From an uncultured Chloroflexia bacterium (lineage in GTDB: Bacteria; Chloroflexota; Anaerolineae; CG2-30-64-16), in contig CAVOHP010000003.1 in assembly GCA_963695715.1 (NCBI GenBank), forward strand, positions 12,991 through 76,990: a DNA stretch of 64,000 nt, given 5' to 3'. The notes beneath the pieces were generated by a model. That model was given only the letters and a program-made list of their open reading frames with translations. It ran no database searches and had not been told where the DNA came from. The translations under genes and the position numbers were made by a program. Below, piece after piece: positions 63,706 through 64,000 of this stretch; the stretch's first letter is position 1, and every line of letters begins with the position of its first letter.

Positions 63706-63898
63706 TGAGTGTTCTCAACACTCCTTTCATGTAGGCCGGTATGCTAAACCATGTCAATATTCATCCACATGGAGCGCAAACTCGGTGCATTTGCCTGACA
63801 TCTAAACATACATACAGTGATGCCAGCTTTATATCAATCATTATGTTGACAATCTCGTTATTTGTCAAATGAGGACGCGAATCTCCCGCCGATTAAAC

Positions 63899-63938
63899 GA
63901 TCAAGGCTCCGACCACTCTTGCGCTCGGAGCCTTGATC
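63899..63938. terminator. 14-bp inverted repeat, probable terminator of a gene entering from the right edge
   Basis: GATCAAGGCTCCGA-N12-TCGGAGCCTTGATC just past TGA TAG stops on the minus strand; no clear T-run. Confidence 0.55.
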
Positions 63939-63948
63939 CATGTCTCTA

Positions 63949-64000
63949 TCAGATGGTTGCTTCGAGAACCGGCTCTGCGCCCGGGCTCTCCGCCTCCATT
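63949..64000 (-). CDS. 3' end of an unidentified gene truncated by the window edge
   Basis: Open frame ...EAESPGAEPVLEATI ending in TGA TAG, followed by a hairpin. Confidence 0.35.
   Translation of the reverse strand, partial: MEAESPGAEPVLEATI

Noticed and set aside
1-64000. At least 30 frameshifts suggesting mass pseudogenisation or programmed frameshifting
   Set aside because: They are single-base indels scattered across unrelated genes, often in short runs. I saw no in-frame nonsense codons, catalytic motifs are intact and there is no shared slippery motif. Sequencing or assembly error is the simplest explanation.
1-64000. Selenoprotein genes (in-frame TGA) near selC
   Set aside because: No gene break examined could be explained by an in-frame TGA at a Cys position; the breaks are frame changes.

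Overview
GC-rich bacterial chromosomal window, very likely Chloroflexota (Anaerolineae/Caldilineae-like). The assignment is inferred from a YYY/DUF2298 GT-C protein, a CSLREA protein, the MSMEG_4193/DUF3090/SCO1664 trio and a C-terminal YLPxxxR motif. Many genes are broken by single-base frameshifts (at least 30 visible), which looks like uncorrected long-read error, so split ORFs are reported as single genes. Contents, left to right: (1) a cell-surface glycosylation locus (1-13.1 kb); (2) housekeeping and conserved genes (G5-3D protein, pterin dehydratase, UbiA family, tlyA, arfB, fba); (3) a three-gene operon encoding a ~2000-aa secreted protein with a 19x PDAFS repeat and a gingipain/caspase-fold His-Cys domain, a stand-alone cNMP-binding protein, and a tandem cyclase-STAND-TPR protein; (4) the phosphatase/DUF3090/kinase trio plus a ParB-fold gene; (5) tRNA-Glu and a divergent radical-SAM operon whose leader resembles a decayed tRNA-fMet; (6) a sugar-utilisation locus with an ABC importer, a GH78 and three UroD/MtaA-family paralogues; (7) an ACP/acyl-AMP ligase/AsnB/NadE/acyltransferase-3/SGNH-like cluster; (8) tRNA-Sec and a PHP-Schlafen(AlbA_2) fusion gene. 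No transposase, integrase or CRISPR array was seen. All family assignments come from motif recognition by eye, not database searches.
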